Shown here piece by piece: positions 1-10,640 of a stretch of DNA of 64,000 bases. This DNA is from Alphaproteobacteria bacterium. GTDB lineage: Bacteria > Pseudomonadota > Alphaproteobacteria > SP197. Where the stretch lies: NCBI GenBank assembly GCA_964291265.2, contig OZ219747.1, forward strand, positions 2,304,001-2,368,000, given 5' to 3'. Position 1 is the stretch's first letter. Every line of letters begins with the position of its first letter. The position numbers and the translations under genes were made by a program. The notes under the pieces were generated by a model that was not told where the DNA came from, ran no database searches, and saw only the letters and a program-made list of their open reading frames with translations.

Positions 1-2
1 AC

Positions 3-1052
3 CTGCGCGGCTTCTACGGCATCGTCAAGGACAGCGCCGAACATGTCCGCTTCGTCTTCGTCACCGGTGTCAGCATGTTCTCGAAAGTCAGCCTGTTCTC
101 GGGTCTCAACAACCTGAAGGACATCAGTCTTGATTCGCGCTTCGCCACGATCTGCGGCTACCGCGAGGAGGATCTCGACCGTGTGTTCGGGCCTGAGCTT
201 GCCGGACTGGACCGCGAGGAGATCCGCACCTGGTACAACGGCTACCACTGGCGGGGCGGGGAGCGGGTCTACAATCCCTATGACGTGCTCCTGCTGCTCG
301 ACAGCCGTGAGTTTCGTCCCTACTGGTTCGAGACCGGGTCGCCGAACTTCCTGTTCCGCATGCTGATGGAGAAGTCGGTGAGTCCGATGGAACTGGAGGG
401 GCGGCTGGCGGGCACGTCCCTGGTCTCGAAGTTCGATGTCGACGACATCGCCATCGAGGCCCTGCTCTTCCAGACCGGCTACCTGACCATTGCGGGGGAG
501 GAGAAGCAGGGCCACAGGACCCTCTACCGGCTGGACTATCCCAACCTCGAGGTCCGGCTCAGCCTCAACGACGAACTGCTTGCCTGGCTGGGCAGGCAGG
601 GGGTCGAGCCGCTGGAGCGGGGCCGCGAGTTCTGCGCCCTGCTGGAGGCGAACGACTTCGCCGGCTTCGGCGAGAAGCTCCGCGCCTGGCTTGCGGGCAT
701 TCCCTACCAGTGGCACGCGAAGGGCGATCTGGCGCGCTACGAGGCCTGGTATGCGAGCCTTCTCTACATGTGCCTGCGTTCGGTCGGGGTGAATTTGAGC
801 GTGGAGGAGGCCTCGCATCGCGGCCGTGCGGACATGGTGGTGCGCCTCGGCGGTCAGGTCTTCGTGCTGGAGTTCAAGATGGCCGAGGGCGAGGGGGACG
901 GTGGCGCGGCGCTGGATGCGGCGCTGGCGCAGATGCGCGAGCGGGGCTATGCCGAGACCTACCGCGACCACGCCGGCCCGGTCCACCTCGTCGGCGTGGC
1001 CTGCGGGCGCGAGGCGCGCAACCTCCTCGACATCCGCGCCGAACCTGCATGA
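3..1052 (+). CDS. AAA-ATPase-like protein with C-terminal PD-(D/E)XK nuclease domain (DUF1703 type), 5' partial
   Basis: Frame is open from the window edge (LRGFYGIVKD..FVFVTGVSMFSKVSLFSGLNNL); also WYNGY, YNPYDVL, YWFETG and C-terminal GRADM..VLEFK. Confidence 0.85.
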   Translation: MRGFYGIVKDSAEHVRFVFVTGVSMFSKVSLFSGLNNLKDISLDSRFATICGYREEDLDRVFGPELAGLDREEIRTWYNGYHWRGGERVYNPYDVLLLLDSREFRPYWFETGSPNFLFRMLMEKSVSPMELEGRLAGTSLVSKFDVDDIAIEALLFQTGYLTIAGEEKQGHRTLYRLDYPNLEVRLSLNDELLAWLGRQGVEPLERGREFCALLEANDFAGFGEKLRAWLAGIPYQWHAKGDLARYEAWYASLLYMCLRSVGVNLSVEEASHRGRADMVVRLGGQVFVLEFKMAEGEGDGGAALDAALAQMRERGYAETYRDHAGPVHLVGVACGREARNLLDIRAEPA

Positions 1053-1265
1053 TCGGCACCGGCATCGCCATCGAGGCGAGCATCGGTCAGCACCTCCGGC
1101 GTCCCTCTTGGCGATTTTCCCCGGGGGACGGCCGGGCTGGTCCGGGGACAGTGCCTGAGGGTTCTTCCGGCAACGCATCCTCGGTGATGCCGGTCTCCGA
1201 CTTGCATGATCCGTCTGTATCGGACACGGTTCGCGGGTTGCTGAATTCGCACCGAAGTGAGCATC

Positions 1266-1547
1266 ATGGCCAAGTTCGCCATGTCCGGAAAACGTACGCA
1301 AGGGGCGATGGATGGGGTCAGTGTGTCGCGCACCGATCAGGCGGGAGAGGTGGTTCGGGAGAACGACGGCGAGGTGATCGGCATGCACGCGCTGCTCGGG
1401 GCCTTCGATCTCATCCGCTTCGTTGAATGGCCGGATGTCGAAACCGCAAAGCAGGTCTTGCCCAGGTTGACGCGTCTCACCGGGATCGGGTTCCTGACCT
1501 CGCCCGCCGTCGACGTGGAGACGTTCGACGCCCTTGCTTCGGGATAA
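1266..1547 (+). CDS. GYD-domain small protein
   Basis: About 93 aa with LLGAFDLIRFVEWPD, matching the G-x-(Y/F)-D pattern. Confidence 0.6.
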   Translation: MAKFAMSGKRTQGAMDGVSVSRTDQAGEVVRENDGEVIGMHALLGAFDLIRFVEWPDVETAKQVLPRLTRLTGIGFLTSPAVDVETFDALASG

Positions 1548-1575
1548 CGCACGATCCGCTTTCTCGAACGCGGCC

Positions 1576-3396
1576 TCAGCCTCTTGCGCGGGCGTGACGG
1601 CGGCGTTCGTGGACACCGAGATGGCGCTTGCGCAGGCGAACTGAGGCGGGCGTGACTTCGACAAGTTCGTCATCGTCGATCCAGGCGATCGCCTGTTCGA
1701 GGGTCAGGCGCATCGGCGGAGAGAGGTCGAGGGTGTCGTCCTTGCCGGCAGCCCGAAAGTTGGTGAGCTGCTTCGACTTGAGAGGGTTGACGTCGAGATC
1801 GTTGCCGCGGCTGTGCTCGCCGATGATCATGCCGGGATAGACCTCTTCGCCCGGGCCGATCATCAGGCGACCCCGGTCCTCGAGACCGAAGAGGGCGTAG
1901 CCCGATGCCCTGCCTCGTTCCAGCGACACGAGGACTCCCTGGCGCCGTGTCGGAAGCGGCCCGCGATGCGGCCCGTAGGCGCAGAAGACGCGGTGCATGA
2001 CACCGGTCCCCCGTGTGCGGCCGAGGAACTCGCCATGGTAGCCGATCAGCCCCCGCGACGGGCACTGGAAGACGAGACGCTGCTTGCCGCCGGAAAGCGT
2101 CCTCATATCCCTGAGTTCACCCCTGCGACGAGCGAGGGTCTCCACCACGGCGCCGGCATGCTCGGAGTCGACATCCACCAGGACTTCCTCGATCGGTTCC
2201 TCGAGCGTCCCGCTTTCCGGATTGTCGCGCAGAAGCACGCGCGGCCGGCTGATCGACATCTCGTAGCCTTCCCGGCGCATCTGTTCGATCAGGACGGCCA
2301 ACTGGAGCTCGCCGCGTCCCGATACCTCGAGTGCGTCGTCGTCCGGCACCGGGGAGACCTCGATCGCGACATTGCCCTCCGCTTCCCTGAACAGGCGGTC
2401 GCGAAGCACGCGCGATGTCACCTTGTCGCCCTCGAGACCTGCCAGGGGCGCATCGTTGATCGAGAAGGTGATGGCGATCGTCGAGGGATCGATCGGCGTG
2501 GACGGCAGCGATTCGCTCACACCGGGACTGGCCACCGTGTCGGCAACCGTCGCCACACCCAGGCCCGCAAGCGACACAATGTCTCCGGCATGAGCCTCCT
2601 CCAGCGCCACGCTCTCCAGGCCGCGACGGGCAAGAACCTTGGTGATTCTGGTGGTTTCGATGAGGTTGCCGTCACGTGAAAGGGCGTGGACCGTCATGTT
2701 GGGGCGCACAGACCCCGAGGCGATGCGGCCCGTCACGATCCTGCCCAGCCAGGGGTCGGCCTCGAGGATCGTGGCCAGCATGCGAAAATCAGCAGAATCG
2801 TCGATGGTCGGAGGCGGAACATGGTCGAGAACCGCCCGAAACAGCGCCTTCATGTCGTTCGCGTCACGCTGTGGTGTCAGCGATGCCCAGCCTTCCCTGG
2901 CCGAAGCGAAGAGGGTCGGGAAGTCGAGCTGTTCATCACTGGCATCGAGGGAGGCGAAGAGGTCGAACATTTCCTCTTCGACCTCACGAGCGCGTTGATC
3001 CGGACGGTCGACCTTGTTGACGACACACATCGGTCTCAGTCCCAGCGCCAGCGCCTTGGAGAGCACGAATCGGGTCTGGGGCATGGGGCCTTCCGTGGCG
3101 TCCACCAGGACGAGAACGCCATCGACCATGCCGAGGACGCGTTCGACCTCGCCTCCGAAGTCGGCGTGCCCGGGCGTGTCGACTATGTTGATCGTCGTCC
3201 CGTCCCAGACCACCGAGGTGCACTTGGCGAGAATGGTGATGCCGCGCTCGCGCTCGAGATCGTTCGAATCAAGCGCCCTGTCGGCGACCCGCTGGTTGTC
3301 GCGGAACGTGCCCGACTGGCGGAACAGCACGTCCACCAGCGTCGTCTTTCCGTGGTCGACATGGGCGATGATCGCAACGTTGCGCAGGTTCATCAT
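1576..3396 (-). CDS. typA: Translational GTPase TypA/BipA
   Basis: [56 protein letters not shown]. Start placed at MMNLRN. Confidence 0.97.
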   Translation of the reverse strand: MMNLRNVAIIAHVDHGKTTLVDVLFRQSGTFRDNQRVADRALDSNDLERERGITILAKCTSVVWDGTTINIVDTPGHADFGGEVERVLGMVDGVLVLVDATEGPMPQTRFVLSKALALGLRPMCVVNKVDRPDQRAREVEEEMFDLFASLDASDEQLDFPTLFASAREGWASLTPQRDANDMKALFRAVLDHVPPPTIDDSADFRMLATILEADPWLGRIVTGRIASGSVRPNMTVHALSRDGNLIETTRITKVLARRGLESVALEEAHAGDIVSLAGLGVATVADTVASPGVSESLPSTPIDPSTIAITFSINDAPLAGLEGDKVTSRVLRDRLFREAEGNVAIEVSPVPDDDALEVSGRGELQLAVLIEQMRREGYEMSISRPRVLLRDNPESGTLEEPIEEVLVDVDSEHAGAVVETLARRRGELRDMRTLSGGKQRLVFQCPSRGLIGYHGEFLGRTRGTGVMHRVFCAYGPHRGPLPTRRQGVLVSLERGRASGYALFGLEDRGRLMIGPGEEVYPGMIIGEHSRGNDLDVNPLKSKQLTNFRAAGKDDTLDLSPPMRLTLEQAIAWIDDDELVEVTPASVRLRKRHLGVHERRRHARARG

Positions 3397-3611
3397 GGGG
3401 ACGTGAGGCTGGAGGGGACACCCGCAGGGTGCACGGCACCATAACGACGGAGCACATCGATGCAAGGAGCCCGAGCCGGCATCGGAACAGCACCGTGATT
3501 CACGTCCCCCATTCCTGAACCCCGAGGAAGGCGACGATACGACCGCGAGAACCGTGACCTGCACGCCGCGGCGTGCAGCCATGTGGCACAGAGCGTCGTT
3601 CCGGGGCGAAT

Positions 3612-4676
3612 TCAGTCGGCGAGGGCAACCACGTCAGCCGGGTCGACATGGAGGCTCAGGCGATCGCCGGGGCGCACAGCCGTGCGCGGCGGCAGGTGCA
3701 CCTGAAACTCCCGATCGCCGTCACGCCCCGCCATGAGGCGGCAACGGACATGCGTACCGCTGAAGTGGCACTCCCTGACCACGCCTTCGCCGAGTGCCGC
3801 GAATCCCTCGCCGGGCGCCGGCACGATCCGTTCGGGCCTGAGGGAGAGGATCACCCTGCCTTCGGGAAGGTCGCGGACCGGAAGCACCAGGGTGCCGAAC
3901 GCGGTGGCGACGGTGACGCCATGGTCGTCCCTTCGTGTGACCATGCCCTCGACCAGATTGCTGTCGCCCATGAACGTGGCGACAAACCGTGTCGCGGGTT
4001 TCAGGTAGATCCGGGCGGGAGGTCCCTGGTCCTCGATCTTGCCTTCGTTGAGAACCACGATCGTGTCGGCCATGTTCATGGCTTCGTCCTGATCGTGCGT
4101 CACGTGGACGAAGGTGGTTCCCAGGTGCCGCTGCAGATGGAGCAGCTCCTCCTGCATCTGCCGCCTCAGGTTGAGATCGAGCGCACCCAGGGGTTCGTCC
4201 AGAAGCAGGACCCGGGGATCGACGACGATGGCCCGCGCCAGGGCGACCCTCTGCCGCTGGCCACCCGACAGTTCGTGGACACGCCGCCCGCCAGCGCCGG
4301 ACAGGCCCACGAGATCCAGGGCCGCCTCGCTTCGCTGCCGCCTCTGCGGCGCCGGAACGCCGCGCATGGCCAGACCGAAAGCGACGTTCCGGGCGACATT
4401 CATGTGGGGAAACAGGGCGTAGTCCTGGAACACCGTCGTGGTCGGCCTTCTCGCGGGAGGCACACGGCTCATGTCCCTGCCGGAGATCAGCACCCGGCCG
4501 TGCGTCGGTTCGGCAAATCCGGCGAGAATGCTGAGCAGTGTTGTCTTCCCGCTGCCCGAGGGGCCGAGAAGCACGACGAATTCGCCCTCGCGGATCTCCA
4601 GGGACACGTCCCTGACCGCGGCGGTCTCGCCGAAGAGCTTCGTGATGCCTTCCAGGCGGACGAGGGAGCCGGTCAT
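3612..4676 (-). CDS. Polyamine/amine ABC transporter ATP-binding subunit (PotA-like)
   Basis: GPSGSGKTT, LSGGQRQRVALARA, LLLDEP, TOBE-like tail; start overlaps the upstream stop (ATGA). Confidence 0.92.
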   Translation of the reverse strand: MTGSLVRLEGITKLFGETAAVRDVSLEIREGEFVVLLGPSGSGKTTLLSILAGFAEPTHGRVLISGRDMSRVPPARRPTTTVFQDYALFPHMNVARNVAFGLAMRGVPAPQRRQRSEAALDLVGLSGAGGRRVHELSGGQRQRVALARAIVVDPRVLLLDEPLGALDLNLRRQMQEELLHLQRHLGTTFVHVTHDQDEAMNMADTIVVLNEGKIEDQGPPARIYLKPATRFVATFMGDSNLVEGMVTRRDDHGVTVATAFGTLVLPVRDLPEGRVILSLRPERIVPAPGEGFAALGEGVVRECHFSGTHVRCRLMAGRDGDREFQVHLPPRTAVRPGDRLSLHVDPADVVALAD

Positions 4677-5452
4677 GCGCGGACTCTCCTGCGGAACACG
4701 AAGAGCTCCATGACGATCACGAGCGCCATGGAGATCGCGAACACCACGGTCCCGACCGCGTTGGTCGTGGGGTCGAGACCGCTTCTCAGCAGACTCCATA
4801 TCTCGACCGGAAGCGTGGCGTCGAAACGCGTCACTAGCCAGGCGACGATGAACTCGTCCCACGACAGGGTGAACGACAGGAAGAACGACGCTGCGATCGC
4901 GGGCCACATCATCGGTACGCTGATCAGCATGAGGACCTGCCATTCCCGCGCTCCCAGGTCCCGCGCCGCGCGCTCTGCGCTCACCTGGTGGCCTCCCATC
5001 TGCGAGTAGCAGATGCCGAAGGCCAGGGGCAGGTTGATCACGACATGGCCGATGACGACGGCGAGTAGCGACTTCGGCATGCCGGTTGCCGTGAAGGTGA
5101 TGAGGAGCCCGATGCCGATGATGAGGTAGGAGACCGAAAGCGGGGCCATGAGGAGCCACTGGAAGAAGACGGCGCCGCGCATGCGGTGGCGCGCCAGGGC
5201 ATGGGCCGCAAGAAAGCCCAGGACGGTCGCCAGGCCTGCCGAAACGATACCCACCATGACGGAATTGGCGAGCGCCTCCATGAGGTCCGAGTTCGAGAAG
5301 ACCTCGTGGTACCAGCGCAGCGACACGCCCTTGAAGGGAGGAACCGGGAGCCTTCCGTCCTGAACCGAGAAGATCACCAGGACGACCACCGGAAGGTAGA
5401 TGAAGGCGTAGGCGGCCAGAACGTAGACCGCGGCGGGAATGACGGCGAGCAC
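4673..5452 (-). CDS. ABC permease (PotC-like)
   Basis: Multiple TM helices, ERAARDLGA loop, SWDEF..TLPVEIW. Confidence 0.9.
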   Translation of the reverse strand: MLAVIPAAVYVLAAYAFIYLPVVVLVIFSVQDGRLPVPPFKGVSLRWYHEVFSNSDLMEALANSVMVGIVSAGLATVLGFLAAHALARHRMRGAVFFQWLLMAPLSVSYLIIGIGLLITFTATGMPKSLLAVVIGHVVINLPLAFGICYSQMGGHQVSAERAARDLGAREWQVLMLISVPMMWPAIAASFFLSFTLSWDEFIVAWLVTRFDATLPVEIWSLLRSGLDPTTNAVGTVVFAISMALVIVMELFVFRRRVRA

Positions 5453-5464
5453 TGGATTCTCCCC

Positions 5465-6310
5465 TCAGACCCGGTCCATCTTCAGCCAGCGTGCGCTCGC
5501 CAGGAAGACGGCGGAGACGACGAGCATGAGGACGAGCGACATGGCGGACGCCATGGGAAAGTCCGCCCGGCGCTGGACCTGCAGGAGGATCGCCTGCGGC
5601 ATGACCAGTTCGCGGTTGCCGCCCAGGATCTGCGGCGTGACATAGTCGCCGATCGCCAGCACGAAGGTGATGAAGGCGCCGATCATGACGCCGGGAAGGC
5701 TCAGCGGAAGGACGACATGGATGAAGCCCTGGAGCCTGGATGCCCCGAGGTCCTCGGCCGCCCTGCGGTAGTTCGGCGATATCTGGACCAGGTTGGCGTA
5801 GATTGTCAGCGTCAGGAGCATGGTGAAGAAGTGGACGAAGCCCAGAACGGTGGCTCCGTTGCTGTTGGCGAACGACATCGTCTCGGAGAGGATGCCCAGG
5901 GTGACAAGCGCCTGGGAGATGACGCCGCTTTCCGACAGCACCAGGAGCCAACTGTAGGAGCGCACCAGATAGGAGGTCCAGAACGGCAGGATGGCAAGCA
6001 CGAGACCGAGGCGCTGCCACCGCCGTGGCACGAGAAATGCCAGGATATAGGCCAGCGGATAGGCGAAGAGCACCGAGAAGATCACCGTGACGGCGGTGAT
6101 CTCGAGAGAGTTGAAGAGGGCATCGAGAAAGTAGCTCTTGTCGAGGAAGGCCTCGTAGTTCGCGAGTGAAGGCTCGCGCACCAGTTGCGTGCCGTCCCTT
6201 CTCCAGAAGCTGTAGAGAGCCATGATGGCGAGGGGCACGACGAAGAACGCGGCAACCCACAGGAGCGCCGGCGCCAGCAATACCCAGCCCGCCAGTCCTC
6301 GCCGTTTCAT
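5465..6310 (-). CDS. ABC permease (PotB-like)
   Basis: LPFWTSYLVRSYSW, AAEDLGA, LPLSLPG, GDYVTPQILGG. Alternative start at 6340. Confidence 0.9.
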   Translation of the reverse strand: MKRRGLAGWVLLAPALLWVAAFFVVPLAIMALYSFWRRDGTQLVREPSLANYEAFLDKSYFLDALFNSLEITAVTVIFSVLFAYPLAYILAFLVPRRWQRLGLVLAILPFWTSYLVRSYSWLLVLSESGVISQALVTLGILSETMSFANSNGATVLGFVHFFTMLLTLTIYANLVQISPNYRRAAEDLGASRLQGFIHVVLPLSLPGVMIGAFITFVLAIGDYVTPQILGGNRELVMPQAILLQVQRRADFPMASAMSLVLMLVVSAVFLASARWLKMDRV

Positions 6311-6376
6311 CCCGTCATTCCCGTCCCGGCCCGCAGCCATGCGGGCCGGGAGGCAGTCGATGGGCGATGCGCGGGA

Positions 6377-7429
6377 TCAGTGCTGCAGCATTTCCGTCCA
6401 GAGATCGAGGAACATGGCATCGAGCTCGGGATCCGGGATGAAATAGGGCCAGGAATTGGCAATGAAGGTTTCCTGCTCGTCCCAGCGCAGCACCGCCTTC
6501 TCCTCGTCGGTGAGCGCGGCCTTGCTGTTCGACGGCATGGCCCAGTAGCACGAAGAGGTCGCTAGACGCGCCTGGCCTTCGGGGCTGAGGACGTACTCGA
6601 CGAACTTGCGGGCCAGTTCCGGATTGCCGGCCTCGCTGAAGACGCCGATCGACTGGGACCAGCGCACGCCGCCCTGGTCCGGGTTCACCCACTGCATGTC
6701 GGGGTTCTCGGCTATCAGCACCGCAGTCGCCCATTCGCCGCCGCCCGCGATGATGTCGACATCGCCGGTCGCAAGGGCGGTCTGCACCGAGACGACCTCG
6801 CCTACCATGGCGGAACGTTCCTTCATCTTGAGCAGGTGCTCGCGTATCGCCGGCAATTCCTCGGCGGTGATGCCGTCCTCGCGAAGGCCGAGGCCGATCG
6901 CGACCAGGTTGATGAGCGGGATGTAGTAGTCGTAGATCGCGATGCGGCCGCTGTAGTCTTCGTTCCAGAGAACGGTGATGTCGCGCATGTCGTCGGCATT
7001 CACCTTCGAAACATTGTAGGAGATCGTGTTGTAGCCGAACTTCTCGGGTACGGCGTAGAGTTCGCCGCCGATCTCGTGAATCTCGGAATCGCGTATGCCG
7101 GGGAAGATGTCGTCGAGCGGCAGGCCCTCCCGGTCGAGCGGCGCGAGATAGCCGGCCTCCACGATCCGCGGAACGTCGACCCCGTCGACGACGAAGACAT
7201 CCCAGTCGCCGGGTTGCGATTGCTCGAGAAGCGCCAGCGCGGCGCCCGTTCCTTCGTACTCCTTGATGTTGACCGTGACTCCGTGCTCTTCCTCGAAGGG
7301 CTCGAGAAGTGCCGGATCGGCATGATCGCACCAGACCAGCGCGTTGAGTTCGTCGTCCGCCGCGTGAAGCGGAGCGATCCCGGCAAGGAACGCGGCCGCC
7401 ATTCCGAATGTTCTCGTCCAGACTGTCAT
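6377..7429 (-). CDS. Polyamine-type ABC substrate-binding protein (PotD/PotF-like)
   Basis: Signal peptide (LHA-AD), PFEEEHGVTV, FVEYVLSPEGQA; GGGGAG RBS before the ATG at 7429. Confidence 0.88.
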   Translation of the reverse strand: MTVWTRTFGMAAAFLAGIAPLHAADDELNALVWCDHADPALLEPFEEEHGVTVNIKEYEGTGAALALLEQSQPGDWDVFVVDGVDVPRIVEAGYLAPLDREGLPLDDIFPGIRDSEIHEIGGELYAVPEKFGYNTISYNVSKVNADDMRDITVLWNEDYSGRIAIYDYYIPLINLVAIGLGLREDGITAEELPAIREHLLKMKERSAMVGEVVSVQTALATGDVDIIAGGGEWATAVLIAENPDMQWVNPDQGGVRWSQSIGVFSEAGNPELARKFVEYVLSPEGQARLATSSCYWAMPSNSKAALTDEEKAVLRWDEQETFIANSWPYFIPDPELDAMFLDLWTEMLQH

Positions 7430-8574
7430 GAAACTCTCTCCCCATTGCGGTGTTGATGGATGTCGTCCGAATCGTAGAGCCTCTGGAGGCGGCGGTGGAA
7501 CCGCCACACGGCCCGTTCGCTGTGCTGTGTTTCCCGGTCGTTGACGACGTAGCGGCCGACCTGCGGCGCCGCTCGGGAGTTCAACCCTTGCCAGACCCCT
7601 TCGACAAGCACCGTGTCCTCGGCCTGCAGCGCACCGTCCATCGAGATGTGCGCCTGCTGTTCGGGAAACAGGTCGTCCTCGGGCCGGTCGAAGAAGAACG
7701 TGTGACGGAACACGGTCCGTTCCCATGAAAGGGGGATCACCTCCCAGATGAAGAGATTGGCGGGACCCGGAGAGAACAGCACCATCGTTGCCGGCCAAGC
7801 CCAGTTATATCGGTTCGCCGTCACCACGGGAGCGGCGTTCCGGCGGCAGGAGTTCATCACGTGCCGGGCTGGCGGGCCTCCCATCAGGGTATGCCATGGC
7901 CCGTCCTCGACGAAGGCGCGGTCGAAATCCGCGTACTCGCAATAGCCGGGATGGGCGACTTCGGTGTGGTAGGACTCGACGAAATTGTCGATCACCACCT
8001 TCCAGTTGGCGCGGATCTCGTAGTCGACATGGCGTGCCTTGAGCAGACCTGCAGGCTCCACGCCGCAGGCGCGGGCATCGGCGAAGACCGGTCCGAGAAT
8101 CTCTTCTGCAGAAGGCGCCGCGCCATCGATGTTGACGAAGACGAACGAGTCAATCTCCGCGAACCGCACCGGAAGAAGGCCGAGCGAGGTTTTGTCGAAG
8201 GTCTCGAGATGCGCCGTGCGTCTGGCGCCGACGAGACGCCCGTCGAGATCGTAGATCCAACCGTGATAGGGGCATTGCAGCACGTTGCGGCAGCTCCGCT
8301 CCGTCACGACCGGCATGGCGCGGTGCTGACAGACGTTGTGGAAGACGCGCAACTCGCCCTCGCGATTGCGCACGACGACGAGTGGCTCGCCATGGATCGT
8401 CCGGGGCAGCGTGGAGCCCGGTTCCGCCACTTCGCCGGCGTGGCACATGTAGATCCACGAGGCGTGGAAGACGCTCGCCCTTTCCGCCTCGAACACCGCA
8501 GGATCCGTGTAGTAGCGGGGAGCGAGGACCGGTGAGGCCTGAGGATCATCGCTGACGCGGTGCCCGGCGGTCAT
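7426..8574 (-). CDS. Rieske non-heme iron oxygenase alpha subunit (choline monooxygenase/GbcA-like)
   Basis: Rieske CQHR...CPYHGW, iron site NWKVVIDNFVESYHTEVAHP, distal ED. Confidence 0.92.
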   Translation of the reverse strand: MTAGHRVSDDPQASPVLAPRYYTDPAVFEAERASVFHASWIYMCHAGEVAEPGSTLPRTIHGEPLVVVRNREGELRVFHNVCQHRAMPVVTERSCRNVLQCPYHGWIYDLDGRLVGARRTAHLETFDKTSLGLLPVRFAEIDSFVFVNIDGAAPSAEEILGPVFADARACGVEPAGLLKARHVDYEIRANWKVVIDNFVESYHTEVAHPGYCEYADFDRAFVEDGPWHTLMGGPPARHVMNSCRRNAAPVVTANRYNWAWPATMVLFSPGPANLFIWEVIPLSWERTVFRHTFFFDRPEDDLFPEQQAHISMDGALQAEDTVLVEGVWQGLNSRAAPQVGRYVVNDRETQHSERAVWRFHRRLQRLYDSDDIHQHRNGERVS

Positions 8575-8581
8575 GGTGGTA

Positions 8582-8971
8582 TCAGGAAGCGCCGACAGTG
8601 ACCGTCTCGTAGTCTGCTGGAGCCGTGACCTGGAGAAGTTCGCAGTCGGGCGAGACAGTGACAACGCGATGCGCGATTCCCGGCGGCTGGTGCACGAAGT
8701 CGCCCTTTGCGAACGTCACCTCGCCCTCGCCCTCGTACCAGAACGTCGCGGTTCCCTCGATCACGTAGACGATCTGGAAGTCGAGCATGTGGGCATGGAG
8801 ATCCTCGAGCTTCCCGTGTCCGGTCGCCCGGCTGACATCGGCGGCGAACCGGCCCCCTGTCGCAACCTCGAGACCGAGGTCCCGGCTGACGAACGGCGAG
8901 TCCCCGTCATCGGCTGTCCACGAAGCATCCGACGCCCTGCTCACATGGAATCCTGACACCCGGTCCGTCAT
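8582..8971 (-). CDS. Cupin domain protein
   Basis: HAHMLDFQIVYVIEG...GDFVHQPPGIAH. Confidence 0.88.
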   Translation of the reverse strand: MTDRVSGFHVSRASDASWTADDGDSPFVSRDLGLEVATGGRFAADVSRATGHGKLEDLHAHMLDFQIVYVIEGTATFWYEGEGEVTFAKGDFVHQPPGIAHRVVTVSPDCELLQVTAPADYETVTVGAS

Positions 8972-9192
8972 CCTCCCCCTCCCGTCTTCCTGTCACGATA
9001 CTATCGACCGCGCGGCCGCTCCGCCAGTGTCCGGAAGGCAGGCACAGCACCGGTTGATGGCGGGTTTTCCGCATGTCCAGGGGCTGCACGTTCATCATGA
9101 TGGGCGAACGATGCAGAAGGCGTCGTGTGCATTCGATGGGGCATGCGAACAACCCGGACAAGGCCGTTCGAACGATGTGCCGCACGGCGCAT

Positions 9193-9918
9193 TCATGTCC
9201 CTTGCCTGAGCCAGGCGGCGATGAGCTCGCGGTAGCGCCTGCCGTCGAAACTCGGAAAGTGGCCGCCGTGGACGACACGGACCGGAAGATCGTGAATGCG
9301 TTTCATGGTGACGGCATAAGCGTCCCTGTCGGAATGATAGGCATCGTCGATGAGCGGTCCGTCGTAGACCGTGTCACCGGAAAACAGGATGCGCGTGGCC
9401 GCTTCCCAGAGCATGATGCTGCCGGGGGAGTGTCCGGGCGTGTGCATCACCTCGAAACTCCGGTCGCCCAGATCGACGCGGTCGCCATCCTCGATGAGCC
9501 GCGTCGCCGGAGCGGACCTCACTTCGTAGCTTCGTGAACTGTAGGGTCCGGGAGGGCGCCGCGTGAAGATGTCGTCGGTGACATAGGGGTCCGCAAGGGT
9601 GTTGGCGCGGGTGGGCCGCGACAGCAGTCCGGCCTCGTGCCGATGACACAGGCGCTCCTCGAATTCATGGTGGCTGCCGATGTGATCGAAATGGGTGTGG
9701 CTTGCCACCGCCAGGCAGGAGCGTTCGGTGACCAGTGCCACCTGCTCGACGAGACTCACGACACCCATGCCGCTGTCCACCAGCAAGTCGCGATCACGGC
9801 CGCGCACGTGCCAGATGTTGCAGCGGAAGAAGGCCTTGATGAAGGGCTCGTGAATATGAGTCACGCCGTCCTCGAGGGAGGTTGTCTCATACCAGGTCCC
9901 GGGTGTGGCGATACGCAT
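9193..9918 (-). CDS. MBL-fold metallo-hydrolase
   Basis: SHTHFDHIG, HTPGHSPG, LFSGD, HGGH. Confidence 0.92.
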   Translation of the reverse strand: MRIATPGTWYETTSLEDGVTHIHEPFIKAFFRCNIWHVRGRDRDLLVDSGMGVVSLVEQVALVTERSCLAVASHTHFDHIGSHHEFEERLCHRHEAGLLSRPTRANTLADPYVTDDIFTRRPPGPYSSRSYEVRSAPATRLIEDGDRVDLGDRSFEVMHTPGHSPGSIMLWEAATRILFSGDTVYDGPLIDDAYHSDRDAYAVTMKRIHDLPVRVVHGGHFPSFDGRRYRELIAAWLRQGT

Positions 9919-9997
9919 GGCAGGGTCTCCCCGCTATGATCGCCGCCATCGACGCGGTGAGGTCCCGGGTGTGGCGATACGCATGGCAGGGTCTCCC
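9894..9997. repeat. Perfect 38-bp direct repeat, two copies (9894-9931 and 9960-9997)
   Basis: AGGTCCCGGGTGTGGCGATACGCATGGCAGGGTCTCCC occurs twice, 66 bp apart, and spans the RBS and start of the MBL gene. Confidence 0.95.
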
Positions 9998-10049
9998 GGT
10001 GTCACAGGACAGGCAGCGAGAGACACGACATGGCGGACGCCGATGGTTC

Positions 10050-10640
10050 GGCGGCCAGGTCCCGTCCGACCCGCCGGGCCCATGCAGGGCTGGCCGGACG
10101 CGCGCCGCTATCGTCGTCCACTCCCGGAAAGACGTGCATCGCAAGATCGTCCATGCCCCGGGAGCACGGGACGCCGGCGTCGCTCGAACGTCGCATCGCT
10201 TCCAGACTACCGCAACGCCGACAGGTTGCGGCAGTCGATCCGGCGGGGCAGGGAAGGGCGGCCCGTTCCAGTGCCGGGAGGGCGCGGGATTGCCGGACCG
10301 TGAAGTCGCAGGTCCATCCCTGGCCCCACACCCGGTCGATCCAGCCCTTCAGCATGGCCGGAAACGACCACCGCCACACGTGCAACCACTCCGGCGACGG
10401 CCTCGGCGCGCGTCCCCCGCTCCTGCACGCACAAAACGTCGGGCGGCATTGCCGCCAGCCCCTTCGCCAACCGGGCAAGGTCGTCCGGACGGACCCGGGG
10501 AGCGAATCATCCCTGTGCGGGTCGGCCAGGTCCCATGCATGACGGGCACCCTCTGGTTCAGCGTGGAATGCACCGGGAAGCGCTCCAGCGAAGGACTTTT
10601 GGGGTGACAATGGATCGTCAGGACTCGCAACGGGTTCCCG
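10050..10640 (-). pseudogene. Degraded flavodoxin-like NAD(P)H:quinone oxidoreductase
   Basis: WSFPAMLKGWIDRVWGQGW is intact; flanking sequence is frameshifted or degenerate. Limits approximate. Confidence 0.7.

Noticed and set aside
3612-6260. 882-aa ABC ATPase with a long N-terminus
   Set aside because: The extension overlaps two real permeases in other frames; the true start is 4676. The extensions on 6377-7798, 11135-12763 and 1576-3582 are rejected for similar reasons.
9894-9997. Mini CRISPR array (38-bp repeat, 28-bp spacer)
   Set aside because: Only two copies, the repeat is a gene's own start region, and there are no cas genes.
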